In this document: piece after piece, positions 8,966 to 17,792 of the stretch
Position numbering within the stretch: position 1 is the stretch's first letter
Layout of the letters: every line of letters starts with the position of its first letter
IMG/VR virus record: IMGVR_UViG_3300042691_025398
Location: 119,814-183,813 of that record
Source: a virus
Lineage: Duplodnaviria; Heunggongvirae; Uroviricota; Caudoviricetes
Reading direction: 5' to 3' (one strand)
Length of the DNA stretch: 64,000 nt
Translations under genes and position numbers: made by a program
Notes under the pieces: generated by a model
What the model saw: the letters and a program-made list of their open reading frames with translations, nothing else
Databases searched by the model: none
What the model was told of the DNA's origin: nothing

Positions 8966-9582
8966 TAGATTTCCTTGTCGTCTTTACCGGTTGGGAATGG
9001 CCAAACAGGCATGGAATTAATTACATCTTCTTCTGTTTCTGGATTAATTTTAGCAAGTTCTTCAAAGGTAACTTCTTCATCTTCGTCATCTTCTTTATAG
9101 TCAACTACATTGCCTTCATTATCGGCACAAATTATGCGTACACGATTGCCTGCTTCATCTTCAATAAGGATAGGTCCCCATACCCATGCTTCACAATCAT
9201 TCTGACTCCAACCTTCTTGATTTTCCAGCACATCGTAGATGTCTCCTTCTTCTTCAATCAGTGCTTCCAGGCGTTCTTGTTCATCTTCTGGCATGTCTTC
9301 AGGATATTCTAGATCTTCCCAACAACCGTCGTGCATGCCGTCAAGTTCTGAATTAACAATATTGTTTACGCAGCAGTCATACATGTTAATACTGTCTTTA
9401 GAGCCGTCACCGCCGGGTACATAGGTAAACTCAAATTCTGGAGGATTGCTATCTGACGTTTCTACAATAAAACTTGACCATCTGAATCCGGTCTTGCGTG
9501 TGATAATCATACCATCTTTATAATATTTCTCATGTTCTTCACATGATTTTTTATAATATGTTGATACTGTCCAGTTAGCCAT
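8965..9582 (-). CDS. acidic hypothetical protein
   Basis: 205-aa ORF with SD-like AAGGA. Confidence 0.75.
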   Translation of the reverse strand: MANWTVSTYYKKSCEEHEKYYKDGMIITRKTGFRWSSFIVETSDSNPPEFEFTYVPGGDGSKDSINMYDCCVNNIVNSELDGMHDGCWEDLEYPEDMPEDEQERLEALIEEEGDIYDVLENQEGWSQNDCEAWVWGPILIEDEAGNRVRIICADNEGNVVDYKEDDEDEEVTFEELAKINPETEEDVINSMPVWPFPTGKDDKEI

Positions 9583-9600
9583 GTGCGTTCCTTTTTGGCG

Positions 9601-10506
9601 TTAGCCGCCTGTGATTGTAGTCCAAAAGCGATTGTACCATTTGTTGATTATTTTGTCAATGGTTTCGGATTCATAAACCGGAGCTGTCTCATTTTGGTCG
9701 TGATCAACCACCCGGTCCACTTCATGATCTACCAAATCATTGTAAATGGTGTGTTTTGCCAGTTTATATCTTTCCTGTTTGCTTGCGCTGTGCAAAATCA
9801 CAACCACGTATTCTTGACCCTGGCTTTCCACAAACATGCCCACACACCAACCAGCTGAGTTGGTAAAACCGGTCTTGCTTACCCTAATTTGGTCAAATTC
9901 TAACAACAAAGGTTTGTTGGTATTGTCAATACTGATGGTTCTGATTTTTCTTTTGCGATTAACTTCAAATAACACATGTTTGCGCACACTGGTTTCAACA
10001 ATGAAAGGATACAGTGATGAGATCTGTACCATGTTGCCAACTGACCCTGCAGTGCTCTCATTACTGGAACTTAGCCCTGTGGGATCTAAAAACCTGGTGT
10101 TAACCATTTCTATAGCCTGCGCCTTTTGATTCATTGCTCGGATGAACTCTTTACGGCCACCAGGATAATCTCTTGCGATGCTTTCAGCAGCCACGTTGTC
10201 GCTGCGAACCAACATGGCTGTCATGATATCCTTACGGGCATGTTCTCCTGCTGGCAATTTGCCACCAGGTAACATCTTGATCTTTCGATCAAGGTCACGA
10301 TCATAATCCAGTGACACCATGGCAGTCATGAGTTTGGTGATACTGGCAATAGGCATGGTATCATTATGATACTTGGCAATCGTAACTTGTTGTTTGGTAA
10401 GATTATAAACCCAGACTGCTGTGGGTTTTGGAGTGATTTTTTTATTCGCGGTTGATGCATTGGTAGAGAATAAGGCCAATGCCAACACTAGGATGGTTTT
10501 AATCAT
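9601..10506 (-). CDS. serine D-Ala-D-Ala carboxy/endopeptidase (peptidase S11, PbpG/DacA-like) with signal peptide
   Basis: SxxK (ASITKLMT), SxN (RSDN) and KTG (SKTGFT) triad; N-terminal signal MIKTILVLALALFSTNAS. Confidence 0.9.
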   Translation of the reverse strand: MIKTILVLALALFSTNASTANKKITPKPTAVWVYNLTKQQVTIAKYHNDTMPIASITKLMTAMVSLDYDRDLDRKIKMLPGGKLPAGEHARKDIMTAMLVRSDNVAAESIARDYPGGRKEFIRAMNQKAQAIEMVNTRFLDPTGLSSSNESTAGSVGNMVQISSLYPFIVETSVRKHVLFEVNRKRKIRTISIDNTNKPLLLEFDQIRVSKTGFTNSAGWCVGMFVESQGQEYVVVILHSASKQERYKLAKHTIYNDLVDHEVDRVVDHDQNETAPVYESETIDKIINKWYNRFWTTITGG

Positions 10507-10513
10507 GGTAGAC

Positions 10514-10519
10514 TATTTA
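10514..10519 (-). promoter_or_regulatory. T4 late-type promoter motif TAAATA (representative copy)
   Basis: The same hexamer precedes genes on the minus strand at 8636, 12203, 13672, 27855, 28274, 30137, 39510, 40516, 43761, 44387, 47767, 51034, 58598 and 60822, and on the plus strand at 60934. TAAGTA variants occur at 52677 and 61713. Resembles the T4 gp55 late promoter TATAAATA. Confidence 0.7.
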
Positions 10520-10529
10520 CTTGGCTTGG

Positions 10530-10772
10530 TTAAAGGTCTTCGCCCATGAGCCAACGATCAACCATGCGTTCAGCTTCTTGCTCGGTCAATGCAGTGACCT
10601 TAAACCAAGCTTGTTCTTGATTGGCTTTTATATCAAATGGCACTGCACCACGGAATTCCAATGGCGCATCAAGTTGTCTGGTTATGGTAAATGTCTTCAA
10701 AGCTCGCACTCGGTCAATCAGTGCCGCTGCTTGCTGTTTTAGATTGTCATCATTTGGAATTTCATCTTGCAT
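10530..10772 (-). CDS. hypothetical protein
   Basis: 80-aa ORF with GAGG SD. Confidence 0.65.
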   Translation of the reverse strand: MQDEIPNDDNLKQQAAALIDRVRALKTFTITRQLDAPLEFRGAVPFDIKANQEQAWFKVTALTEQEAERMVDRWLMGEDL

Positions 10773-10780
10773 TCACTACC

Positions 10781-11143
10781 TCAACGAACATATTTGGATA
10801 AATCAGGAGGAGTCCAACCTTCAGGCTTGAGCACCTTACCATCTTCACGTTTACGAACCTTGCCTGTTGCTTGATCTATTTTTGCCATGTTTGAATGTAA
10901 CACTTCATACCATGCTCCGTTAGCATCTACACCAAGACTGTGAATAGCGCCAATGGTGACCACCAGGATATCTATTAGAGCATCCAGGCATTCAATTTTG
11001 TCATCATTGGCCACAGCGTCTATAAGTTCCTTGTGTTCTTCTTCAATCAAGTTGCAGTACATCTTGAACTGTTCACCGTTTAATTTGCCCACGGTTTGAT
11101 CGCAGGCCAACATGAATGCTGCTTGATCTAAAAACACACTCAT
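10781..11143 (-). CDS. all-alpha NTP pyrophosphohydrolase (PRA-PH/MazG superfamily)
   Basis: LIEEEHKEL, ECLDALIDILVV, EVLHSNMAK and REDGKVLKPEGW motifs. Confidence 0.8.
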   Translation of the reverse strand: MSVFLDQAAFMLACDQTVGKLNGEQFKMYCNLIEEEHKELIDAVANDDKIECLDALIDILVVTIGAIHSLGVDANGAWYEVLHSNMAKIDQATGKVRKREDGKVLKPEGWTPPDLSKYVR

Positions 11144-11334
11144 ACCATCTCCTCAGCAATGCCTAGAAATTCTGCCAGTATCAAAAGGCCGCCAGCATGC
11201 ACCAACAGGCCATATGCCAGTAACACACCTGCAAAAATCCTTAGACCGCTTTTGATAAAACTAATGTATTTGTGTTTTACTGGGTCTGGAAATTTATGTT
11301 CGTGATACTCATGAATTTGAATGTCGTCTTTCAT
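11140..11334 (-). CDS. small membrane protein
   Basis: Hydrophobic C-terminal half; ATGA coupling. Confidence 0.65.
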   Translation of the reverse strand: MKDDIQIHEYHEHKFPDPVKHKYISFIKSGLRIFAGVLLAYGLLVHAGGLLILAEFLGIAEEMV

Positions 11335-12155
11335 CGTGGGGCAAACTCCTGTTGTAGTTTAATATTGTCCATGAACTCTTTCTTAACCGCAGGATCAAGT
11401 TTAAAATTGCCTTTCAGCACCGTGGTCTGAGTCAATGAACTGTGTGCCATGATGCCGCGGTTTTCACAGCAACCATGTGTGGCCTGTATGTAAACACCTA
11501 CATGAACGCTGCCTGTGGCCGCCATGATTTCTTTTGCAATATCCATGGCAAGTTCTTCTTGTAGAGTGCCGCGACGAGCACACCACTGTGCAATACGAGT
11601 GTACTTGCTCAAGCCAATCAAGCGATCTGCTGCAAGAATACCAATATAGGCAACACCGTTTACTGGTTGATGATGATGACTGCACATGCTGCGAAGTTCA
11701 CTACGCACAACCAACATACCATCATAGCCATCATCGGTATGGTTAGGGAAAGAAGTAGCGTCTGGCTTAGGCTCGTATCGTCCTGCCATGATTTCGTTAT
11801 AATACATCTTTGCCAGGCGTCTTGCTGTGCCTTGACTGTTAGGATCATTATCACGATCAATCAAGAGTACATCTAACACATGTTCAAACGCCTCAGTGGC
11901 CTCATTGATAAGTTTTGGAAGATCTTCTGATTTTACATAATCACTGATGTTGTCGCCTGCCCAAAAGCGTTTGTTATCTGCTCGCATACGAGCACGTATG
12001 GCATGTGCTATGCAATTTTCATCTGAGGTTGCATGTTCTTTACGAACATAAATGGGTGTGCGTAGTGGTACATATTTGTCTTCAAATGTTTCAGGAACAA
12101 ATTCTGTGCTTTGATCTACGTTCAATAATGGATCTTTAGTAAAGTTATCTGACAA
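11331..12155 (-). CDS. folE: GTP cyclohydrolase I
   Basis: TARRLAKMY, SMCSHHHQP, IGLSKYTRI, RRGTLQEEL and THGCCENRG. TTG start 6 nt after GGAG. Confidence 0.92.
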   Translation of the reverse strand: MSDNFTKDPLLNVDQSTEFVPETFEDKYVPLRTPIYVRKEHATSDENCIAHAIRARMRADNKRFWAGDNISDYVKSEDLPKLINEATEAFEHVLDVLLIDRDNDPNSQGTARRLAKMYYNEIMAGRYEPKPDATSFPNHTDDGYDGMLVVRSELRSMCSHHHQPVNGVAYIGILAADRLIGLSKYTRIAQWCARRGTLQEELAMDIAKEIMAATGSVHVGVYIQATHGCCENRGIMAHSSLTQTTVLKGNFKLDPAVKKEFMDNIKLQQEFAPR

Positions 12156-12191
12156 TTTTTTCTCCGAGTTAGAGTCGAGGATGACTACGTT

Positions 12192-12221
12192 AGTTTACAG
12201 GATATTTAGATCATAAGTCAA
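12192..12221 (-). promoter_or_regulatory. sigma70-type promoter upstream of folE
   Basis: TTGACT-N18-TAAACT with an embedded TAAATA. Confidence 0.5.
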
Positions 12222-12751
12222 GAGCTATGGTCATTTCTTATACCAGTGATTTGCAGCGTATAGCGATTGACCTGACCAAGATTTAATACTAAGTGTGGTG
12301 TACCACCTTGCCATGAAATCCAATCTCCTTGCGTCCAAGTAGGCACTGTTTCAAAGCCAACTTGAAGTCCATGCCCTGGTTGCCAATCCTCTACAAATAT
12401 AATAGTTCTTGTGATTTGATTTAAATCGGTGATGTTTCTATTTTCACAGTATTTTTTGTATCCATCAATGTGCCAAGGTAAAATTTTTCCTGGACTTATT
12501 CTGTGTGCTGCATACACCTTTTGTTCAAGATAGTTGAAACGATCTTCTAAAAAGTCTACAAGATCGGTTGGAATATTTCTTGCAATGGCTATTTCAGTTA
12601 TTGTTGAATATCTTTGTTTGTCTACTTCATAAAGCAACTCAAATCCAGACCATGGATTAGGGTGCACTTCAAAATCACAATCAAGATACCAGTTTCCAAA
12701 ACTCTTTAAATCAACATGTCCGGTTACTAAGTGATAATTTTCTTTTGCCAT
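12218..12751 (-). CDS. 2OG-Fe(II)/cupin-fold oxygenase-like protein
   Basis: LPWHID (HxD) and distal PH; paralogous pattern to 53810-54484. Confidence 0.6.
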   Translation of the reverse strand: MAKENYHLVTGHVDLKSFGNWYLDCDFEVHPNPWSGFELLYEVDKQRYSTITEIAIARNIPTDLVDFLEDRFNYLEQKVYAAHRISPGKILPWHIDGYKKYCENRNITDLNQITRTIIFVEDWQPGHGLQVGFETVPTWTQGDWISWQGGTPHLVLNLGQVNRYTLQITGIRNDHSS

Positions 12752-13647
12752 AAGGCTATGGTCCTGTCCAATCCAGTTTCTAGATCAACCACTGGTGTCC
12801 AGCCAAGATCGCGACTGATAGCCGCAGTACCAGAATTGAGCCAATAAATTTCACCAGGCCTCATGGGCTTGGTATTCCATTGTATTTCTCCTTGCCATCC
12901 AATCATGTTGGCAATCTTGTTTGCGTAATCTTTGATTTTGATCGGACTGTCAGGTCCAATGGTATAGATTTTACCTTGATTACACTGTTCAGGAGTTTCA
13001 ATCACTGTCAACCAGGCTTGCAGCAGATCTTGTATGTAGATGAAATTTCTATAAGGCTCTGCATAGCCCAGTTTGATACGTTCAGGATTCTTTAGCATCT
13101 GAGTGATAATCTGTTCTGTTACAAAGAAATCATTATCACTTCTACCATATGAGTTTGTTTGTCTAATAGCGGTAAATGGAAGATCTAGAGCTCTATGACT
13201 GTACTCAAGATATTTTTCCACTGCCAATTTGGCCACAGCATACGGAGCGTTGGGATTGGGTGCGGTATGTTCATCAAACGCAATGGCCTGTTTTGGTTGG
13301 CCAAACTGTTCAACTTCGTCACTGATAGGTTGCCAGCCATATACCTCCATGGTACTGGCAAACACAAAGTTTTTCAAATTTCGTAAGCGTGATGCAGCAT
13401 CAATTAGATTAACACTGCCTACATAATTGATCTCACTGAATGTGACCTGTTCATAAAAACTTTTTTCCACTTCGGTTCTGGCCGCAAGATGCACTATCAC
13501 ATCTGGATCAGCCTGTTCCAATTCTCTAGTGACATCTGAATGATCACGCAGATCACTCTTGAGTTCTACGACTTCGTGTTTTGCTTGTAGTAATGGCACG
13601 AGATGTTGGCCTATGAAGCCGCTAGTGCCGGTGATGAATATTTTCAT
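12727..13647 (-). CDS. NAD-dependent nucleotide-sugar epimerase/dehydratase (extended SDR)
   Basis: ITGTSGFIG, HLAA, FASTMEVYG, YAVAK (YxxxK) and RNFIYIQD. Confidence 0.9.
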   Translation of the reverse strand: MKIFITGTSGFIGQHLVPLLQAKHEVVELKSDLRDHSDVTRELEQADPDVIVHLAARTEVEKSFYEQVTFSEINYVGSVNLIDAASRLRNLKNFVFASTMEVYGWQPISDEVEQFGQPKQAIAFDEHTAPNPNAPYAVAKLAVEKYLEYSHRALDLPFTAIRQTNSYGRSDNDFFVTEQIITQMLKNPERIKLGYAEPYRNFIYIQDLLQAWLTVIETPEQCNQGKIYTIGPDSPIKIKDYANKIANMIGWQGEIQWNTKPMRPGEIYWLNSGTAAISRDLGWTPVVDLETGLDRTIALWQKKIIT

Positions 13648-13684
13648 TGGGGATTGTTATATTGAAACATATATTTAGCAAGGA

Positions 13685-14890
13685 TCATTCTTCAATTTTT
13701 CTTACATGATACTTGTCGCCGGGCAGATGATCACGATAACGATTGCCTGAACGATTCCATTGCTCGCCGTGTCCAAGAATAATGTCCACAATACGATCCA
13801 CTGTGCCATCAGTCCAATTGGATATCAAGCCCATGTTATGATGTGGCTTGTCTAATAGATTCTCCAGCTTGTGGAATGCGTCATCAATGCTCCAAGGTAC
13901 ATAAAGACGGTTTGGGTCGTTAGCAAAGGTTTCTGGGAAGCTTCTATAAGCAGGGTAAAGCACATTACATCCAAGTGTGTCAGCTTCAGACACAGTGTTT
14001 GATACCCAGTCTTGCAATGCGCAATTGAACAAAACCCTAGAACTGTTAAGAATGTTATAATAGTCATTCTTCTTGAGATTTTCAAAAATGGTTAGTTTGT
14101 GTCCGGCTTGTAGTTCAAGAGCACGTTCTATATACTTGGAATTGTTTGAACGCAGCGGACCACCTTGCAGTACTGCGAATTCAATGTCTTTGTGTCGTCC
14201 CTGTTCATGATACATTTCAATTAGATCCATAAAGAAGTCTGGCTGCTTCTCTTGATCAAATCTAGCTGCAAACACCACACGACGATCTCGTTGATCAAAC
14301 GGTTGAATTTTTTCTGCGCCGCCGATGCGTTCTAACACTTCCTCTTTACCAAATGCTAGGCCAGAAATATTATAGATAGGAGCACGCCATCCAGCAATAC
14401 GCATATGAGCAACCATTTCCTCGTTTGAGGCGAGAACTCCGGTAACAAACTCATTGACCATGCTTTCGTAATATCCCATCCACTTCGCCATGCCCCATAC
14501 ATGAACAAAGTCATCAGGATCAATGGACTGAGCAAGACACCTAACAAAAACACGGGGACGCTGAGCACGAGGCACTTGATCAAATATGTAAGGTAGGCTC
14601 TCGATACCGGGTTGAAACATGTCTTCAAAGTAGATAACGTCGTCATGTTGTATCTCTCCATTCTTGTGCATCTGTACAAGATTCATCATTTGACTCATAC
14701 CGAAGTATGAACGACCATGGGCATCTAGCACTTGACCAACGCTGATGGCATTGCTGTCATCAATAGTGGTACCAGGCACATATACCACATCAAGTTTGCG
14801 ACGATCAAACACTCTCCGATTCCATTCAGTGAGCTGCATGGTATAACGGGATTCATAACTTTCCAATCCCATGTAAAAAAGTTTTCTCAT
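13685..14890 (-). CDS. GT-B fold glycosyltransferase (GT4-like)
   Basis: VFAARFDQEKQP and C-terminal SNTVSEADTLGCNVLYP...FPE resemble GT4 motifs. Confidence 0.7.
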   Translation of the reverse strand: MRKLFYMGLESYESRYTMQLTEWNRRVFDRRKLDVVYVPGTTIDDSNAISVGQVLDAHGRSYFGMSQMMNLVQMHKNGEIQHDDVIYFEDMFQPGIESLPYIFDQVPRAQRPRVFVRCLAQSIDPDDFVHVWGMAKWMGYYESMVNEFVTGVLASNEEMVAHMRIAGWRAPIYNISGLAFGKEEVLERIGGAEKIQPFDQRDRRVVFAARFDQEKQPDFFMDLIEMYHEQGRHKDIEFAVLQGGPLRSNNSKYIERALELQAGHKLTIFENLKKNDYYNILNSSRVLFNCALQDWVSNTVSEADTLGCNVLYPAYRSFPETFANDPNRLYVPWSIDDAFHKLENLLDKPHHNMGLISNWTDGTVDRIVDIILGHGEQWNRSGNRYRDHLPGDKYHVRKIEE

Positions 14891-15318
14891 TTGGTAAGGA
14901 TTCCTTTGGACTTGACCTCTTGCAAGTGCATGGAAGACGCAATAGACTTGTAATATTCCTCTGCGCTTTGTGCTTGATTTAGATCAGGACCAGACTGTGC
15001 TTTCATTGTGGTAAAATCTCCTGCTCTATAATCACCGCTCCAGGCCCTTTGTTTTTGTAGATTTTGAATCTCCTGTCTCAGTGACTGCACTGTGTTGTGC
15101 AAATCACGAATGTCTTCTTGCATTCTACGCATTGGACCATGCCGTTTGTAAATTCTATCTTGATCCTCATGATCTCCACTGGTGAGAATAACCATCATCA
15201 TGAGTTGCCGCAAGGCATTTCTCACTCGAGGATCATTACTGGTCAACGCTTGATCCATTAAATCGGTCAAACGTTCTAGATCATAGTCAGATGAATCTTT
15301 TTCTCTGTATGCAGTCAT
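14887..15318 (-). CDS. hypothetical coiled-coil protein
   Basis: 143-aa ORF with AGAGG SD, coupled. Confidence 0.7.
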   Translation of the reverse strand: MTAYREKDSSDYDLERLTDLMDQALTSNDPRVRNALRQLMMMVILTSGDHEDQDRIYKRHGPMRRMQEDIRDLHNTVQSLRQEIQNLQKQRAWSGDYRAGDFTTMKAQSGPDLNQAQSAEEYYKSIASSMHLQEVKSKGILTK

Positions 15319-15319
15319 A

Positions 15320-15538
15320 TTATCCTCTTGCGGGTCTGCGCATGTCTTGCAGCCACATGTCCTTGGCAGACTTGCCTTGTGAGAACTTCATATACTGTTG
15401 ATAAGCATAGCTCTTCCAGTTATAGAGCTCTTCTTCGTTGTAACGATACCCATACTCGCGACAGAAGTCAAGATACTTCTCAAGATCGTCAAAAACTGCG
15501 TTCACACGAGGGTTGGGTTTGATTACAGGCTTGCCCAT
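15320..15538 (-). CDS. hypothetical protein
   Basis: 72-aa ORF with AAGGAG SD. Confidence 0.7.
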   Translation of the reverse strand: MGKPVIKPNPRVNAVFDDLEKYLDFCREYGYRYNEEELYNWKSYAYQQYMKFSQGKSAKDMWLQDMRRPARG

Positions 15539-15548
15539 TTATTTCTCC

Positions 15549-15740
15549 TTAGTTGTCCAATGGCATTGCATTATATTCACGTACAAGATCAAGCACTTCT
15601 TCTTCACTGTTGCAAATTAACTTGCAGTTGGCCCAATCATTGTCTTCATTGCGGCCACCAATTTCAACCATCCAACCGTTGTCATAGCGATTGATGGTCA
15701 TGGATTCATTTACTTTTGCTAGTTTTGATAATTTTGACAT
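15549..15740 (-). CDS. hypothetical protein
   Basis: Start moved to MSKLSK at 15740 (GGAG SD). Confidence 0.7.
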   Translation of the reverse strand: MSKLSKLAKVNESMTINRYDNGWMVEIGGRNEDNDWANCKLICNSEEEVLDLVREYNAMPLDN

Positions 15741-15750
15741 AAAGGTCTCC

Positions 15751-16218
15751 TTAGATTTTTGTTGACATTGAAGGCAGAGTGGTATTGTAGGTGATACTAC
15801 AACCATTCTCACCGTCTTCACTTACTTCAATGATTACTGTCCGATCAGGATAGCGACCGGCAATGTGTTTATATAGATCGTCTGCGATCATCTCGCAGCT
15901 TTTGTAGTCTAGAACGAGTAACGAATTATTATACAGCCCTTCAAGCCAGCGTTTGAACTGGATGAATTCGATGTCCCGGTCATTGTGGAACACATCGATC
16001 CACACCCGGAAATGGAAAATATGACGGTGCTCATTAGCAAGAAAACTAACATCCGCAAGATTGGGATCCTCCGCTGCTGCTGGATATTTATGGATGCCTT
16101 CTTTTTGAAAAGTGACCCAGATCATGCGCAGTGCTCGATTCATGATACGCTGCATTGTTTCCTGTTGAGCATGAGATTGTGCTTGTGTGGCCACATCAAT
16201 TTCGTTACTGATAGTCAT
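15751..16218 (-). CDS. QueD-like T-fold protein, DpdL-like (candidate CDG decarboxylase)
   Basis: LANEHRHIF fits L-x3-H-R-H-x-F, recalled as the DpdL signature. DIEFIQFKRWL and KSCEMIADDL parallel QueD motifs. Confidence 0.65.
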   Translation of the reverse strand: MTISNEIDVATQAQSHAQQETMQRIMNRALRMIWVTFQKEGIHKYPAAAEDPNLADVSFLANEHRHIFHFRVWIDVFHNDRDIEFIQFKRWLEGLYNNSLLVLDYKSCEMIADDLYKHIAGRYPDRTVIIEVSEDGENGCSITYNTTLPSMSTKI

Positions 16219-16667
16219 GTTTTGATTTGTCCTTTATATGACACATTTGATTTTGTTACAATTGTTAAATTAGCAGCATCCACTTGATCAATTTGAAAAG
16301 GCGCATTGATCCACAGTTTGGTTTCAATATGCTGCCAACTGGCTTGCATTTCTATTATACGATCAACACCACCCTTGAGTAAATCTTTTTGAATACGATG
16401 CTGCGACTTTTCATTCCAATGATCACCATTCCACGTAAAATGATTAGCTGAGTTTGATTCAACTAGATAACCTAGGCTCACATCACATTCAACAAATCGA
16501 GCCACTGTTGATAAATCAATGTCACCGGCAATGAATCCTTGACCCCAGGTATACCATCTATCAATAACGACTGTTTGGTCACGGCTGGGTCTACGTAGAT
16601 GATGCTGCACCCGCACGGATCTATGATCAAGGCTGGTCACGCGATAAAAGTGTGTGGCTACTGTCAT
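16215..16667 (-). CDS. hypothetical protein
   Basis: 150-aa coupled ORF. Confidence 0.6.
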   Translation of the reverse strand: MTVATHFYRVTSLDHRSVRVQHHLRRPSRDQTVVIDRWYTWGQGFIAGDIDLSTVARFVECDVSLGYLVESNSANHFTWNGDHWNEKSQHRIQKDLLKGGVDRIIEMQASWQHIETKLWINAPFQIDQVDAANLTIVTKSNVSYKGQIKT

Positions 16668-16988
16668 TTAGATCTGCCGCATGCTTTCCATTGTGATAAT
16701 CTTACCAAGTTCTGTGTTAAAGTCTTGATCACCAGTGATTATGTAAGTGCGGTCTGTATTTTCATCTCGTTTTCTATCATAGGTTCTAAATGTCACAAGT
16801 GATCCACCAATGACTTTTTTAATGTTGATTCTCAGTCCATCATTGAGACTATGCGGGTCATCTGATATTGCAACTCCACTTGACTTACTGATTAGGTCAC
16901 TTGTGGCATACTCACTCTCATACGCTAGGTGTTTGTTCTCCCAAGCCCATTTGCATTTTCGAACAAACCATTTATCAAACCATTTCAT
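16668..16988 (-). CDS. hypothetical protein
   Basis: 106-aa ORF with GGAG SD. Confidence 0.7.
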   Translation of the reverse strand: MKWFDKWFVRKCKWAWENKHLAYESEYATSDLISKSSGVAISDDPHSLNDGLRINIKKVIGGSLVTFRTYDRKRDENTDRTYIITGDQDFNTELGKIITMESMRQI

Positions 16989-16997
16989 GTTGTGCTC

Positions 16998-17534
16998 CTA
17001 GATTAATTGATCATCTTGATATTTGCCCCAATCGGTAAAACAGGACCTGTCCATGAGACTGTGCAGACTGTGCACCCAAACACCGGGATTGGTGTCTGCA
17101 AAATCACGATCGTCTATCTTGACATGGGTATTGTAGTTCCACAGTTTCACATATGGAATGGGCACTTTGATTATGGGAACGAAACGTGTGCGTTCACACA
17201 GTCCGCCATCGTTGAATTGTTCTACAAATTTAAATGGGATATCAAGACTACACCAGTACCCACGATCCAAAAAAGTTAGTATGAGATTTTCCCATCCAGT
17301 AATATCAGCTGTGGTCAAGGGATGATAGCTGTCATTTGCTCCAAAAAATATGTGCTTGATGTGCTTGCTTGAGTCCACATAGGCATTTTCTTCATCCAGT
17401 GCTGCTTGCACCGCTTCTGTGCTTTGATAACCAATCACAAACAGAGTACGCATGCCATGCATGGCAGTGTGTTCTACTTCGTTGCCAATGAAAAAGTTGG
17501 CATTAGTGTGTCCAAGTCTATTCATAATCGTCAA
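16998..17534 (-). CDS. hypothetical protein in the dpd operon
   Basis: 178-aa ORF with enzyme-like segments EVEHT and HIFFGANDS. Confidence 0.75.
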   Translation of the reverse strand: MTIMNRLGHTNANFFIGNEVEHTAMHGMRTLFVIGYQSTEAVQAALDEENAYVDSSKHIKHIFFGANDSYHPLTTADITGWENLILTFLDRGYWCSLDIPFKFVEQFNDGGLCERTRFVPIIKVPIPYVKLWNYNTHVKIDDRDFADTNPGVWVHSLHSLMDRSCFTDWGKYQDDQLI

Positions 17535-17727
17535 AATTCACTCGTTCATGATCATGTTCAAATTGTTTACGACGTAGATCTCGCAATTGATCACGCACCA
17601 ACAATCTACGTTTTTTCATTTCCTGCAATCGCATGTCTTCGTATATGCCGGTTTTCTCCGCTGTATCAATTTTTTTATCAAGATCTGTGTGTTCCTGCTC
17701 TAACTGTTTGATTTGAGTTTGATACAT
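17518..17727 (-). CDS. DUF465/YdcH-like protein
   Basis: LEQEHTDLDKKI...EMKKRRLLVRDQL. Start moved to MYQTQ at 17727. Confidence 0.75.
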   Translation of the reverse strand: MYQTQIKQLEQEHTDLDKKIDTAEKTGIYEDMRLQEMKKRRLLVRDQLRDLRRKQFEHDHERVNFDDYE

Positions 17728-17756
17728 ACACCTTCCTATAGAAATGATCACTTGCT

Positions 17757-17785
17757 AGTGTACTACCTGTTGGTTATGATGTCAA
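17757..17785 (-). promoter_or_regulatory. sigma70-type promoter
   Basis: TTGACA-N17-TACACT on the minus strand. Confidence 0.7.
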
Positions 17786-17792
17786 TAACAAC

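Noticed and set aside
12160-12190. Small AGTC/GACT hairpin in the folE leader
   Set aside because: Only 4 bp with weak possible SD pairing; not distinguishable from chance by eye.
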